A DNA stretch of 64,000 nt from Hypanus sabinus (lineage: Eukaryota), in the NCBI RefSeq assembly GCF_030144855.1, contig NC_082722.1, forward strand, positions 19,592,001-19,656,000, written 5' to 3'. The first letter of the stretch is position 1, and each line of letters begins with the position of its first letter. Below, piece after piece: positions 1 through 14,252 of this stretch. A program made the position numbers and the translations under genes. The notes beneath the pieces are model-generated. The model was not told the DNA's origin, did no database searches, and was given only the letters and a program-made list of their open reading frames with translations.

Positions 1-3000
1 AGGTCACTTCCCATCTCAAATCTTATTGAATTCTCCACTTTGAAATGTTGTTTTTATACCTACTTTCAAGTAATTGTCCAGCATGTCATATCTCAAACTT
101 AATTGACAGGATCTTTGTAATCTTATCTTCCTTATTCTTTACTGCTCCTATCAGTTAGAAACACAAGCAAGTGTTTGTCATTTCTCTGGTTGGCAAAACC
201 ACAATAGCTGACCAATTCTGCAAGCAAGTATGAAGTGCTGGTTTATTTTCAATAATCCTATCCACGACTTACTTATTTCCCGTTAACCTCAACGTATTTT
301 CCACCCTTTATTCTTATTTTCTCATAACACAAAATAAACAGAGATTCCTAATAATGATGCATAAATATGTCTCCATTAAAGTTATCTGAAATGATAGCTC
401 AGAATAGGCAAATGAAGAAAGAAAATAAATAAGATAATTTCAAAGATAACAGGTTCAATATTGTAAAACCTTTGTAAAGTACACAGAGTTGCATGAACTT
501 GCAAATTCCTCTGAGTCGTCCGAAACAAGTGCATTCTGTAACAGCGACGCCCTGGAGAGGGCGCCCTCACTACTAGATACGCTATTACGACAGTACTAAT
601 AAATTCTATCGCTTGGAGTTGCTGTAAGCTATTTAGAAATACTCCACTACTACAAACAATTTCCACTTCCAAATGTGTGTGTTTTTTTTTAGTGTGTGGG
701 GAGAGAGTAGTCTGAACTGGGTTGTGAGACTTGCTTGTCTCATCTGACACATTGAACTCAGGTAGCCAGCCGGAAGCCGTTCCCACTCCGAGTAGAAGCT
801 GCATCCACAGCCCCGTTAGAAGCTGCTTCTCCTGCTTTCTGCTGCTACCCAGACCATATGCCTGGTAACTTACTCACCCTCATCAGGTGACACCCTGCTC
901 GGGCGGTCATTGGCTCTTGTCTCAGACCTTCCCCGAGGAACGAATAAGTGATTAGACACTCAGCACGTGACCTCTACATGAGCTTCCCCCCCCACCCCCA
1001 CAAGTCTGCTTGTTGAAAAACGATACCCTATTCGCTAAACACGAGACGTGATATTCAACCATGGCTCACTCTTGAGTTCATAGAGAACTGAAATTCTCCT
1101 TTCAGGATTTGAGGTCTAAATCTCGGTTAAAAAGCTTCGGCGATTAATAGACGATCTATTAAATGCAAATTGCGCTTCATTAACCATCTTAAATCAAGGT
1201 CAATTTGCACTGCCCACGGAGCAGCATTGATCCCATGGTATCATTTTCTTGAATGATAACTATATCTCCCATTAACTGACCAATATATATCCTTCAATCC
1301 ATCTTAATAAAATATGACTCGACCGTCATTATATGTTTTCTGTAGGATTCCGCATGAGGAAATTGGAACAAACTTTTGTCGCCACGCTTTCAAAAAGTCC
1401 AACGTTCATCACTCCATCCCACGACTTTGGTGACGTACCTGACTCACCTGACGCACACCTCCGTTTTGCATATGTACGTGGGTATCATCCCTCTGCACTC
1501 TCAGTCCCAAGACTCGAACTCCCAGCTTTCAACGTCCGATTATCTTCACGCGCGTTGCCTGGCCCATTGAATTGGTCGAGCTGTTTCCTTCTATTTCAAT
1601 CATTAATTAATATGTTCAAGGATGCTGGTAAATAGCCCCAGGAACAGCGAAGTAGATAAGCCAGCCCACGGAAACACAGCCGCTTTTACTCTAAAACAGG
1701 GATTCCCACAAGTGGGAACTGTTACGTGTACTAAGAAGGCGTGGAAAATAAAAGTCGTCGGGGGGTGGGTTCATGATTATTGGCGGGGGGAGTGGGTGGG
1801 TGGGTGTTAAGCAGAACCCTAACTTGAGGCACGAGAGCTGACCGACCGTGAGAGCAGACACTTCGTCATGAAAGGATGAGGCACTGGAACACAGGAAAAA
1901 AAAACATCGCTCTGCAGGTGACGAACAGTTGCCGTCACAACGCTTCTGAAACTCAGCAATCTCATCCAACCTTACGAAACAGACAGATATTATTTGGAAT
2001 GCATAGATTAGCAACTAGGGTGCCCAACAGTTCCCCTGACTCTCAATATGGAGAGAGTTCATGCAAGTTAATAAGCCAAGTACACCCTCTCTACTTTCTC
2101 TGCAGATGTACGGAAATCAGATCTCGCAATGGTTCAGCGCTTGACTGGAACCAAACGGGAATTGGTGTCAATCAGTGAACCTGCCAACCCTGAGGATTTA
2201 TTTTACTAATGTTACCATATACAGTAATATACAGGTGTTGCAGTAGGGGGCGCAGGTATGCATACTGTGCCCAAGAAGGGCTTTGGCAAGTTTCAACGTG
2301 CTTTAGTGTGACGTCTGCAAGCATGACAGTGCTTTGGAGGAGGGGGGGGGGTGACGTTAGGCTGAAATGGCTGGGAAACGCTGTTCTAGAGTAGCATTAA
2401 ACAGCTGCAGTAGAACTACAACCAGCTATCTGAAAACCCGGAAGATATGATCTGAAATTATTAAATTATGGTATTCTTAAAGCTTTGATTGTGCTGTCCA
2501 TTTACAGTGACAAAATCATTGAGGGCCAATATAAGAAAGGTACTGAGGTAGAACATTAAATGCCACACGATTATAAGTCCGACTTGCAAAGTGCCTGGTC
2601 AAATGCTCTCCAAGGCAAGCTATCGATGTGTGACTAGAGAGTGAAGTGCAGGGGAGATAGCTTCATGAACTGTCAGGGTAACTGAGATAATGACAGGAAT
2701 TACTGTTAGCAATGTAAGAAATGCTTGGGATCCGCAGAATTGGATTGGAAGGAGGTTAAAAAGAATCTAACGGAAGAGTGGACCAGGATTCTACAGGAGG
2801 AATTAATTCACAGAACATTGTTGAATTATTGTGTCACTATGTGGAATTTGTTGAAAGCATTAGCACAGAACCTGATTGGTATTTATCCTGACTCTTGTTA
2901 ACATCAAGCCAAAGTGAAATCCAAATTATGTGTGTATTTAAATAGCATATTAGGCCCGTGTTATTTTAAAATGATAATGCTGCTTCTTGCATTTATTCTG

Positions 3001-4859
3001 TTAATTACAGGAAATTACTCATTAATCCAGTATGACTATGCTTTGTTTGCAAAGCTATTATTTTGTTTCCTTCATTTCCTCGGTTGTGCATTCCAACCAG
3101 GATATCCATCGAGTTTTGATTTCAGACTTTCGTGAATATGTGTCAAGAAATTGCCATTTAAGTCATGTACCACTAACACAGCTTTACAACTCTGTAAGAC
3201 ATGTGTATTTGTACAATGCTAATGGTGGCTTTTTCATTGAGTTCTTCTTATTGAAAGCAGGACAACATGTAATTTCATTGCTCTGGCAAAATCTGCGTTG
3301 TAGGCGATATCTCGATGGACATTCTACTGCGGTTTCTGAAAGCACTTGGATTTGAAATGAATTATGTGGTAGAACTGTTAAATCAGAAACTGAGATAACG
3401 AAATATCGAACAAAAAATCAGTCCAGCGTCCACTCTGTATCGCCAAGCCAATACTGTATCGCCAATACTAGCAATTCTTTCGTAATGGACTCGATGCAAA
3501 AACAAGATTCATAAGCACTGGGCTGCAGCAAATGTATAGAATGTACATAACTGTTTGAAATAAATATTGTATCTATGAGGCTTTCTGACTCTGTGACTCG
3601 ACGGCACCCTATGAAGAAAACAACAAATAAATGATCTTAGCATATTGTCAGCATGCACTGAATTGTGGTCCAACCCAAAGGGAAACAGGTAGGTATTGAG
3701 ACCGATTTCACTTTCAAAGGTTCATGGTAACGCACAGAGCAACTTAATGATAATAACAGGGAATAAAGTTTGTACCACGTTAGGCAATATTTAATTCTTC
3801 TGACGTATTTGACTGAGAAGCTATCATTCGACTGCCTTGTTTGATAGGGACATCCGGCGTGATAACTCTAGGTCAATAAAGGGACAGCGTTATACTCATA
3901 AATTTGAGTTTACAAATGCAGATAATAGGGAAATGAGTCTCTCGTGGCCTTTGTTGTCATGTTGTTAAAAATTACACGATTTGTCAACATGGTTGAAGAA
4001 TTGACTTGTTGACTTGACTCTTTGTGGATGCAACATGCAGTTGTTGGTTTGAAACAACATCGTTTATTCATAGGGTACACGTTTCTACAAGATGATGAGA
4101 TGTTTCATTTTTTTTAATCCAACATCAATATTACATCCGTCTCTGGAGGAAATCTTTATGCAAGTGTCCATATAGAGAGGTTTTTCCAGAGTGAATTACT
4201 CCAGTCCGTAGTGAACACAATGTGAAGTATTTTTACAGCAAGAGTCAAACGTAAAGTGATTCAAAGTTATATGTAAGGTGAGATTCAAAGGCAACACCCA
4301 ACATATTGATAGCAGGAGGTTCCACAAGACCGCAAAAAATGCAGAACGTTGTGCACACAGCTCAGTTCATTAGGAAATCAACCTCCCGTCTGTACTCTGG
4401 AAACACTCGCTAACACTTTCCCTCTAAGCTGTATCGGTGCGGCCGCACAAAAGTTGAAATGCTCCCCCACACATAGCCTTAGTTGCCAGACAGCAGGAAT
4501 TTCTTTCATATGTTGTTAATATAATAGAGAAAATATATTAAGATAATTTTGAAATCTATGTTAAAATAATCGTTAAAAACTCAATAATTAATAAACTCTT
4601 TGTGAATAGAATCAATAAATATTGCACCGCTGAGGAAAAACGCATTTTGAAAGTATCTGGAGATCCCGGTCTCCGAGGAGTCCCCAGCCACCTTGAAAAG
4701 GAAAGACATAAGACACAATAGTTTTAAGTACTCTACGTACCCTCTTCGGCGGTGTATTTCCGAGTGTTGCGACATCATTTGCCGCTGTACCCTTTGGTTT
4801 CGCCACACTTGGAGCTTGGCGCGCTCTTCTGGTCACCACAAGCTAGTATGCACCTGGTA

Positions 4860-5200
4860 AAGTTAGAAATATTGCAGAAGACATTCATTGGGATATTCCC
4901 TGGAATGGAAGGTATTAGTGGCATAGAGAGATTGGACAGTCTTCAATTGTTCACTGTAGAGCACAGGAAACTGAAAGATGTATGTTATCGGACATTAATA
5001 CAGTAGATGTTCACAGTCCATTTCTCAAGCCCGGAAGGTCTAAAGCCGGAGGATATCGCTCTGAATTGAGAGAGAAAGTATTTAAAGGGGGATTGTGCAT
5101 GGTATGGATTTCACATAGCAGACGGTAGGTTTATCCAGCAAGATGCCCGAGGAAGTGGCATAATCGTAGAGGCAGGTATAATAACAGCTAATTAAAAACC
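4860..5200 (+). mobile_element. CR1 3' fragment
   Basis: gcagaagacattcattgggatattccctggaatgg...gagattggacagtcttcaattgttcactgtagagcacagg. Confidence 0.55.
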
Positions 5201-6218
5201 TCGTTCGTGGACGGGACGGGCGTAAATGCCCTCGTCTAAGCTGTACTCCACGAGTCAATTTCCTTTTTCAGCTAAAGATCAACAGGAAAATTCTCTTACA
5301 GGTTAATAGAAGTCATAAATAGCCGAGTCCAGAAATGCACTAACGAGCCTGTTGATATCATGGAAAGTTCTTTGGGTACATTTGGAAAGCACCTCAAAGA
5401 ACCGACCTGCTGTGCGGCTTGGCTCGAAAGACCGGAAGTGCCGACTCCGCTCTGTATCTTAATACAATAAATAAATAAACAAATAAAACATTCCGCACAC
5501 TGGATGTGTTCAAAAATGCAGGAAACATAGGGATCAACAGCTGGTGATGGAGAGAGAAACAGAACAGAGATTTCTGAATGGTAACCGGATGAAAGATTAT
5601 AAATGTAAAGCTTTAACTTTATTTTTCTCCTTGATTCTCCCGATAATCTTTTACATTATAACAGAAAGTATTGTGGAATTTGCAGTCCTTGTAAGATGTT
5701 TGTAAAAAAAAAAAAAAAAGAGCTTTTTAACTATGTCAGTGATCCCATGTCTGGCGAAAGATTTTATCTGATGAAACCAGGCACATGAATAATTCATCGG
5801 CTTACATCAATAGTCCGATCCGAATCTTGAGAAAATTATTTCAAAAGTCTCCAGTGTTATCTCGGACTGGGAAATCGAAATCGATTGAAATGGGAGATTT
5901 TTTTTTAGCTAAATTTAAAGCTTCCAAAATGTTTCATCCCAACAGCCAAATATGTTTTTCTTTGTTATCAATACTTTCAAACTATTAAATACATTTTTTC
6001 AGTACAAGTTTCAATTAGCAAGCATATGTTGAATTAAAAGCAATCTGGTCAATATTTGTAAGGTGTATTTGAAACTAATAAGGTGTCTGTAGTTCGTTTT
6101 TACCTCGAATGTAATTCCCATCATTGTGTTCTAGTTGGAGAACATACCTTGCAATTCTAAAGTCCAGGTAAGTTATTTTGCAATGCAATTTATTCCATAG
6201 GTCTGGTCCCACTCTTTG

Positions 6219-6357
6219 NNNNNNNNNNNNNNNNNNNNNNNNNNNNNNNNNNNNNNNNNNNNNNNNNNNNNNNNNNNNNNNNNNNNNNNNNNNNNNNNNN
6301 NNNNNNNNNNNNNNNNNNNNNNNNNNNNNNNNNNNNNNNNNNNNNNNNNNNNNNNNN
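6219..6357. other. Assembly gap (N run)
   Basis: 139 consecutive N. Confidence 1.
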
Positions 6358-7299
6358 GTTTACTGCCGATTATGGAGTCGGAGAAATCGAAAAAGAGCGA
6401 TGCAACAGACTTTAACACCGTATCTCAACGAGTTGTTTGCTTTCTTGTTCCTCTCTCGCTTGTGACATCTCTGCCCATTTATAAGGGAGATGGGACATGT
6501 TGAAATCATTGCCAGGGCGATTAGTTTTTCTGTAATGCAAATCATGTATACTCTTGGGGTCTTTGCTATTGTTTGCTTGCTGGGCTGGGAACAAAATGGT
6601 GGGGGGGGGAGTAGAATAGTGATACTTGTGTGTGTGGGAGGAGGAGAAGAAGGCTCAACAAAGCCTTCTAACGTTTTCTCATATTTCTAACCCCAATTCT
6701 AACGTTTCTCTGGTCATTCGTTGTTTGAGGTACTGTTCCGTTTTCATGGATGTCTGCGAAGGCCAAGAAATCCAATTTGTATATTGTATGCATTCTCTGA
6801 TATTAACTTGGAACTATTGAACTATTGGACTATTGAAAACCCCAGTTCGAGCCATTTTGCTGCGTTCAGACCTCATCACAATAAACTTCTTCTATGCATG
6901 GACCAATCCAAATGTAGGTCACACATTGGAATCGTACCCAGTTCTATAGGTTTATCTGGTACTCTGTTCCATTTACCAAACCACTTTTTGTTTAAAAACT
7001 TTCCGTAGACTCTTTTCAATATTTTTTCGCTCGCCTGGAATCGATGCATTCTTATTTTCAGTGAACTGATTTTGGGTAAAAGACTGTAATCATAGCCCTG
7101 CCTCCGCAGTTCCTGACATTACATATGTATGGTCACTGCGCTACCCACCTGTGCTCCAGGGATGAATAGCCCCCGACTCTTCCTACAGTTAAAAGCACGT
7201 TAAAAGCTAGTAACATATTTGCCAATGTTTTCTGCACTATCTCAAACTTCATCGCATCTTTTCTATTGTTGGCGATCAAAATACACAGCATATTTTCAC

Positions 7300-8170
7300 C
7301 AACGAATGCACAGTTTTCCTAATGATTTTTACAGTTGGACATGACGTCCCAGATCCTGTACTCGTTGCCATAACTTGCACTCAACGTCAGTAAGACGAAG
7401 AAGATTCTTGTGAAGTTCAGGAAGGGTACGATGAAGGAATAAACACCAATCTTCATAGAAGGATCAGAAGCGGAGAGAATGATCTGTCTCAAGTCCCTGG
7501 GTATCAATCTGTCTGAGGATCTAACCGGGACACAGTATATCGATGCAGCTCTAAAGAAGGCAAGGCCGCGACTATACTTCATTACGTGTTTGAAGAGATC
7601 TGCTATGTCAACAAATACACACATGAACTTCTATAAGAGTACTGTGGAGAGCATTCTGACAGACTGTGTCACTGTCTTATATGGGGGGGGTGTTAGTGGT
7701 GGGATATTGCGCGGGACCTAAGGAAGCTGCAGAGTGTCGTACATTTAGTCGATTCCATCTTGGCTATAAGCCTACAAAGTACTCAGGACATCTTCAAGCA
7801 ATGGTGTCTCAGAAAGGCAGCGTCCAATATGAAAGACCTCCAATTCCCAAGGCATGCCCTTTTCTCTCTGTTACCATCAGGTAGGAGGTACAGAAACCTG
7901 AAGGCACACACTCAGCGATTCAGGAACACATCTTTCCCTCTGCGTTTGGATTCCGAAACGGACATTAAACCCGTGGATACTATAACATTTAAATTTATGT
8001 CTTCGCACGTTTATAATCTATTTAATACACATATATTCTATTAGAATTGTATATTTATTTATTTATTTTTGTTTTCTACATTATGCATTCCATTGAACTG
8101 CCGCTGCTAAGTTAGCAGACATCACGACACATGCCGGTGATATAAACCTGATTTGGATTCCGAACTGTTG
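7300..8170 (+). mobile_element. Rex1/Babar-like LINE 3' fragment
   Basis: LGINLSEDLT...KKARPRLYF...FYKSTVESILTDCVTVLYG; 3' tail gccggtgatataaacctgatt shared with the copy at ~59330. Confidence 0.75.
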
Positions 8171-8989
8171 ATTTAATTATGCCAAACCACTTCTTTACCA
8201 GCCTGTCCACCTCTGTCGATCATTTTACAGATCCATGTGCCTGTATCTCTCAGCAACCATGTTCTAATTCAACGCCCAGGACAATCTTTTGCGCAATTCC
8301 TGCCCCAGTTTAACTAACCAAAATACACTTTGCAAATGTCCAGGTAAAACTCTACCTGTAATAGTTTGGCCCACTTTCCCAGTTTCTCATCTTAGTTAAT
8401 TTTCACTCTCTGGTGTATCACTAATTCCGCTGCATCCTGAAATTTATTAACAACTTAAACATACTATCAACTAAATAATTTAGAGATGTCAAACAATACT
8501 GGAACCAGGACCTACCTCTTCAGTACATCACTCGTTGCAAGCCTTTACTCTTGGTATCAAATCTCCACTATCACCGTCTGATTCCTCCAGGAAACCAATT
8601 TGTGTCCTTTTGCTCAGTTGGCTGGCTCACTCTGCCTCTCGTGTCACCCAGCATTCTATACTAGACTGTTGTACGGGATCGTGCAAAATTCAATTAAGAT
8701 ATAATTTACTGTCCTGCCCTCAGCAATTCTTTTGCATCGTCTTTTCAAAACGACTGAATTAAGTTTGCGAGAGACGATTCTCCTTGAGAATCCATGTTTA
8801 CGGTCACTTTTATATTCTTCCCCTTTCCAAATTCTGATAGATTCTGTTCTTCATCCCAGTATCTTTCCCAGCACTGAAATTTGGCTTGCCACTTGTAGAT
8901 GCGGACGTTTATAAATGAACGCCCATTAGCCACTTTTCAATTCTTCGGTAGCAAATTCCTGCTCGACGAACTAAATAAAAGTACAGAGT

Positions 8990-11900
8990 GGTTAAGCTGA
9001 GCGGCAATTGTCGGGAGGATGTCATTGGCGAGAGTAGAAGCGACAGGCTTTGGCTAATTGAGGATTCGCCGAGGTCAGTGGGTAGGTGGAGTTCGTTTTT
9101 TAGTTTATCTTTGCAGTTTTTATGTCATGATCCAGTCCGTGAAGTCTGCTTTCCAGCTCCCGGTCTGGTCCATGGACTCCAGACTCTGGGTCTTCCTGCT
9201 GTCCCTTGTCTCATTTGGGTTTAATCGTAGGCTCCTGATTTTCGTCTTGGATGCTGGAATATAAGTGGCTCTGGGGTCGAGGGTGGTGGCTAGTTAGTCT
9301 TGTCAGATAGAGAGGAGCTACAGAGAGTTAGTCACCCCGAGTTTGCATGAGTTAGGTAAGAGCGGGACCGTCAGGGAATTGGAAGGAAGAGCTCAGATAG
9401 CAGAGAGCACCCCTGTGGCCACCCCCTCAGCAATCGTTATCTCGTTTTGGAAGCGGTTGTGGGGGACGACTTGACAGAGACGACCACGGCGATTGGGTCG
9501 GTGGCCCTGTGCCTGGTTGGGTGGTGCAGGAGGGAAAGAGGAAGATGAGGAATGCACTAATCAAAGGGAATTCCATAGTGAGGGGAACAGACTGGAGGTT
9601 CTGTCAGCCTGACAGAGGTACCTGTATTGTGCGTTGCCTCCCAGGTGCCAGGGTACGGGGTGTTTCGGATCAGGTGCAGAGTATTCTCAAGGGAAAGGGT
9701 GAACAGCCAGAAATCCTGGTACACATTGGTACGAATGACAAAGGTAGAAAAATGGAGGAGGCCCTGAAGAGAGAATTCAGCGAGTTAGGTAGGAAGCTGA
9801 AAAGCAGGACCTCTAGGATATTAATCTCGGTTTTGCTGCCCGTACCACCACTAGCTAGAACAAGAATAGTATGACCAGGTGTATTAACGTGTGTCTGAGA
9901 GACTGGTGCAGGGGCCAGGGCTTCACATTCCTGGATCATTGGGGCCACCTATGGGATACGTATGACCTGTACAAAACAGGACAGATTACACCTGAACCCG
10001 AAAACGTCCAATATCACAACGGTCATCTTTAATAGAGCTGCTGGGATCATTTCAAATAATTTGAAGGGGCTTGCGAACTGGAGTGATAGGGTCGAGGAAG
10101 GGGAGAACAGAAATAAATCAAGATAGAATGACAAAGAGCTAATAGAAAGAACAGGCAGGAGATGAGGTTTAATCGCAGTCGGTGGCATGAATTACAGGAC
10201 AATACAGGCGTGTTGTAGTTAAACCAGAAATCAACAAATACTGAACTGAAATTGTTATATATGATTGCACGCAACATAAAGAATAAAATGGACGATCTTG
10301 AAATTCAGCTATAGATTGCCAAATATGACATTGTGACCATCGCTGAAACATGGCTAAACGATGGCTCCCATTGGGATCACAACGTCCTGGGTTACACGGT
10401 GTATCAGAAAGATAATTTAGTAGGCAGAGGGGGCGGTGTTTCTTTGTATATAAGAAATCATATGAAATCATCATAAAGTGATGACATAGGATTGGAAGGT
10501 ATGGAGGCTCTGGTTTCAGTTAAGAAATGGCAAAGGTAAATGGACGCTAATGGCAGCTGTATTCAGCCCTCCAAACAGCAGCCGGGATGTTGATTTCAAA
10601 TTAGAGCAGAAGATAGAAAAGGCGTGTCAGAAAGGCAATGCCATGATAATCGTTGGGAGTTTTAATAAGGAAGTCTATTGGAAAAGCCAGGTCAGTACTG
10701 GATCTCGAGAATGTTCAAGGGAGGGCTTTTTAGAACAGCTTTCTGTTCAGCCCACTAGGGGATCGGTTGTGTTAGATTGGGTGTTGTGCAATGATCCGGA
10801 GGTGATAAGAGAGCTTAATGTTAAGGAACTCGTAGGGAGCAGAGATCGCAATATGATCGAGTTCACATTGAAATTTGAGAGGGAAAACATAAAATCCAAT
10901 GTGTCACTATTTCAGTGAAATAAAGCAAATTACAATGGCGTGAGAGGGGAATTGGTCGAAGCTTACTGGAAAGGGACATTTGTAGGAAGGAGAGCAGTGC
11001 AGCAATGGATGGAGTTTCTGCAAAAAGAAACAGGAAACTAAGAAGGTCAATAGGAAAGAAGAGATTAATTATTAAAGGAAGCTGGTGACTAATATCAAAG
11101 AAGATACAAAAAGCTTTTGTAAGTATATAAAAGGTAAACCAGTGTGGAGAGTAGGTATAAGAAGAATACAAAATAACGCTGGAGACATTGTAATGAGAGA
11201 TGCGAGATGCCAGAGGAACTGATTGCGTATTTTGCATCAGTCTTCACTGTGGAAGGCGTCTGCAGAATACCATAAATTCAAGAGTGTCATGGAAGTGAAG
11301 TTTATTCACTGCAAATTACGACTGAGAAGGTGCTCGGGAAATTTAAAGGGCTGAGCGTGGATAAATCTTCTAGACCTGATAGAATACATTCTCTGTTTCT
11401 GAAGGACATAGCTGGAGAGATTGCGGAGGCAGTAATAATAATCTTTCAAGAATCGATAGATTCTGGCATTGTACCGGATGAATGGAAAATTGTAAATGTT
11501 ACTCCGCTATTTAAAAAAGTGGGAGACAGCGGAAAGGAAACTATAGACCTGTTAGCTTGATATTAGTGGATGGAAAGTTGTTGGAATCGATTGTTAGGGA
11601 GAGAATATGGAGCAGCTGGAACCACATGACAAGATCGGCCAAAGCCAGCATGGTTTTCTGAAAGGAAAACCCTGTCTGACAAGCCAACTGTAACTCTTTG
11701 AAGAAATTGGAAGCAGCGTGGAAGCACTAGGCGTAATGTACTTTAATTTTCAGAGGTCCTTTGACAAGGTGACGCACATGAGGCTGCTTAGCAAGATAAG
11801 AGCCCACGGAATTACAGGAAAGTTACTAGCATGGGAGGAGCATTGGCTGGACGGCAGAAAACAGAGAGTGGGAATAAAGGATTCCTTTTATTGCTGGCTG

Positions 11901-12925
11901 TCCGTTACCAGTGGGGTTCTACAGGGGTTCGTGTTGGGACAACTGCTTTTTATATGGTATTTCAATGATTTGGACTACGATATTAATAGATCTTTGGCTA
12001 AATTTGCAGATGATGCAAAGATAGGTGGAGGAGCGTGTAGGGTTGAGGAAACAGATAAGCCTGCAGAGAGACTTAGATAGTTTAGGGGAATGGATAAAGA
12101 AGGGGCAAATGAAATACCATGTTGGAAAGTGCATGATCATGCACGTTGGGGAAAGAATTAAACAGGCAGACCAGTATTTAGATGGTGAGATAATTCAAAA
12201 TGAAGATATGCGAAGGAATTTGGGAGTCCTTGCACAAGATACCGTAAAGGTTAACCTCCTGGTCGTGTCGGTAGTGAAGAAGGCGAACGCGAATTGGCAT
12301 TCATTTGTAGAGGAATAGAATATAAGAACAGGGATGTGATGTTCTATAAGGCACTCGTGAGACCAGATGGTGTATTGTGTGCAGTTCGGGGCTCCGTATT
12401 TTAGAAAGTGTATACTGACATTGGAGATGGTGTAGAAAAGGTTCACAAGAATGATTCCAGGAATTAAAGGGTTACTGCATGAGGAACGTCTGGCAGCTCA
12501 TCGGCTGTATTCCCTGGAGTTCAGCAGAACGAGAGCGGACCTTATAGAAACCTTCCGAATGTTAAAAGACTTGAACAGATGGATATTGCAATGTTATTTC
12601 TCAGGCTAGGGGATTCTATTACAAGACAGCACGACGTCAGGATCGAAGGACGTCCAGTTAGAACTGAGATGCGGAGAAATAACATCAGTCAGAAGGTGGC
12701 ATATCTGTGGAATTTTTTTACCACGATCGGCTTTGGAGACCTAGTGATCTGGTGTACTTAAGGCAGAGATAGACAGGTTCTCGATTAGCCAGGGCATCAA
12801 AGGATATTGGTTAGAAGGCAGGGGAATGGGGATGAGTGGAAGAATGGCACCAGGCCATGATTGTAAGACGGAGCAGGTTCGATGAGTCGAATAGTCTACT
12901 TCTGCACTTATAACTTATGGTCTTA
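8990..12925 (+). mobile_element. Near full-length degenerate CR1 LINE
   Basis: Esterase-like ORF1 (9509-9874, CLPGARV/HIGTNDKG), endonuclease and RT fragments (FQRSFDKVTH, KFADDAK), and a CR1-type 3' end. Confidence 0.9.
9123..9275 (+). mobile_element. LTR 5' fragment inserted in the CR1 5' region
   Basis: Begins TGTCATGATCCAGTCC and shares ggtccatggactccagactct-like motifs with the LTR copy at 56265. Confidence 0.5.
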
Positions 12926-13199
12926 CGTTCTCAGCAAGAAAAGTGCCAAATGTCATATCCAATTATTAATTGACAGGATCTTTGTACTCCTATCTTGCTT
13001 ATTCATTTTGCATCCACAGATGAACAAAACACATAAACAGCCGATTGTCATTTCCTTGAATCGCAAAGTCACAAAAGCAAACCAATTCAGCAAGCAACTG
13101 TGAGGTGCTATTGATATTTTCTATAGTGCGTTTCATAACGTATTTATTGTCAGCTCATTTAACCGTCGATTCAACCCTGTAGCATTATTTGCTAGCACT

Positions 13200-13960
13200 G
13201 TAGAATACCTTGCATACAAAATGACTAGAGCTTTCTAAAAATGATAGTGAAGCACGTGAGTGCACGATACTACACAGAGTGTAGTCATTGGAGCCACTGG
13301 GGCGCGGCGTCATCGGTACAGGGGCGAGGGAGGACGTCTTCCACAGCAGAGGAACCCTGTGAAGACTCAGGCTCAGGTTCAAGACATAGTGAAGTACTCC
13401 ACATAGCAGGGTGCACAGGCTTTGAGCACCCTGGGGCTGACACCATCCGGGTCTGCAGCCTTGCTTGTGAGGAGACGTTTCAGCTGTCTTCTCACTTGTT
13501 CAGCTGTCCTCATAAAGAGGCAGAAGTGGAACCAAAAAACTAAGAAGAAATAAACTAAGTCTGTCATGTTCATTCAAAACAGTTTCATTCCAAGTTCCCC
13601 AACTGTCACCAACACAACTGTTTTGTCATGTTTACTTGCCCCCCGAAACAATTAATAAATGTCAAATTCAGGGGATATCAAAAGACCACAACGATAGCAT
13701 TGAGAGTGGTAGCGTGAGACGGAGAATGCATGCGATCAAATGATTAGGGGAGCCAGAAGGGGCCTTGAAAAGGCCTTGGCGGACAGGATTAAGGAAAACC
13801 CAAAGACATTCTAAAAGCATGTGAAGAGCAAAAGCATAAGACGTGAGAGAATAGGACCAATCAAATGTGACAGTGGAAAAGTGTGTATGGAACCAGAGAA
13901 GATAGCACAGGTACTTAATGAGAACTTCCCTTCGGTATTCACGAGGGAAAACGTCCAGTG
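13200..13960. mobile_element. Rex1-like (minus) and CR1 (plus, 13743-13960) fragments
   Basis: KAADPDGVSPRVLKACA on the minus strand; the CR1 fragment (aaggccttggcggacaggattaaggaaaaccc) is homologous to ~44440-44620. Confidence 0.6.
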
Positions 13961-14252
13961 TGTCTTACTTCAATGGTTGGTAAGTTGATGGAGAAGACTC
14001 TGAGAGGCAGTATTTATGAACATTTGGAGAGGCACGTCTGCCACGTTCATTCCAAACAGACATGGGTAGCCCATCAGTCTCCAACAGCCCTGTTTTGTCA
14101 TGTTTGTCTGCCCCATGAAACAATTAATACATAACGAATTCACGCGATTTCAAATGACGCCAGTGATAGCATTGAGAGTGGTAGCGTGAGACGTAGAATG
14201 CGTGATATCAAATAAAAACTAAATATTCTACGTCCGTTTTATGCTTTTGTTG

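Noticed and set aside
382-804. 140-aa minus-strand ORF where a C1 exon might be expected from the duplicated segment
   Set aside because: No Ig Cys/Trp/FYP pattern; no recognisable product.
2215-2260. VYYC motif on the minus strand suggesting a V domain
   Set aside because: Immediately followed by a stop; no upstream V framework.
3011-3135. Possible TM exon with Lys (DYALFAKLLFCFL)
   Set aside because: No donor before the stop and no upstream Ig exon found.
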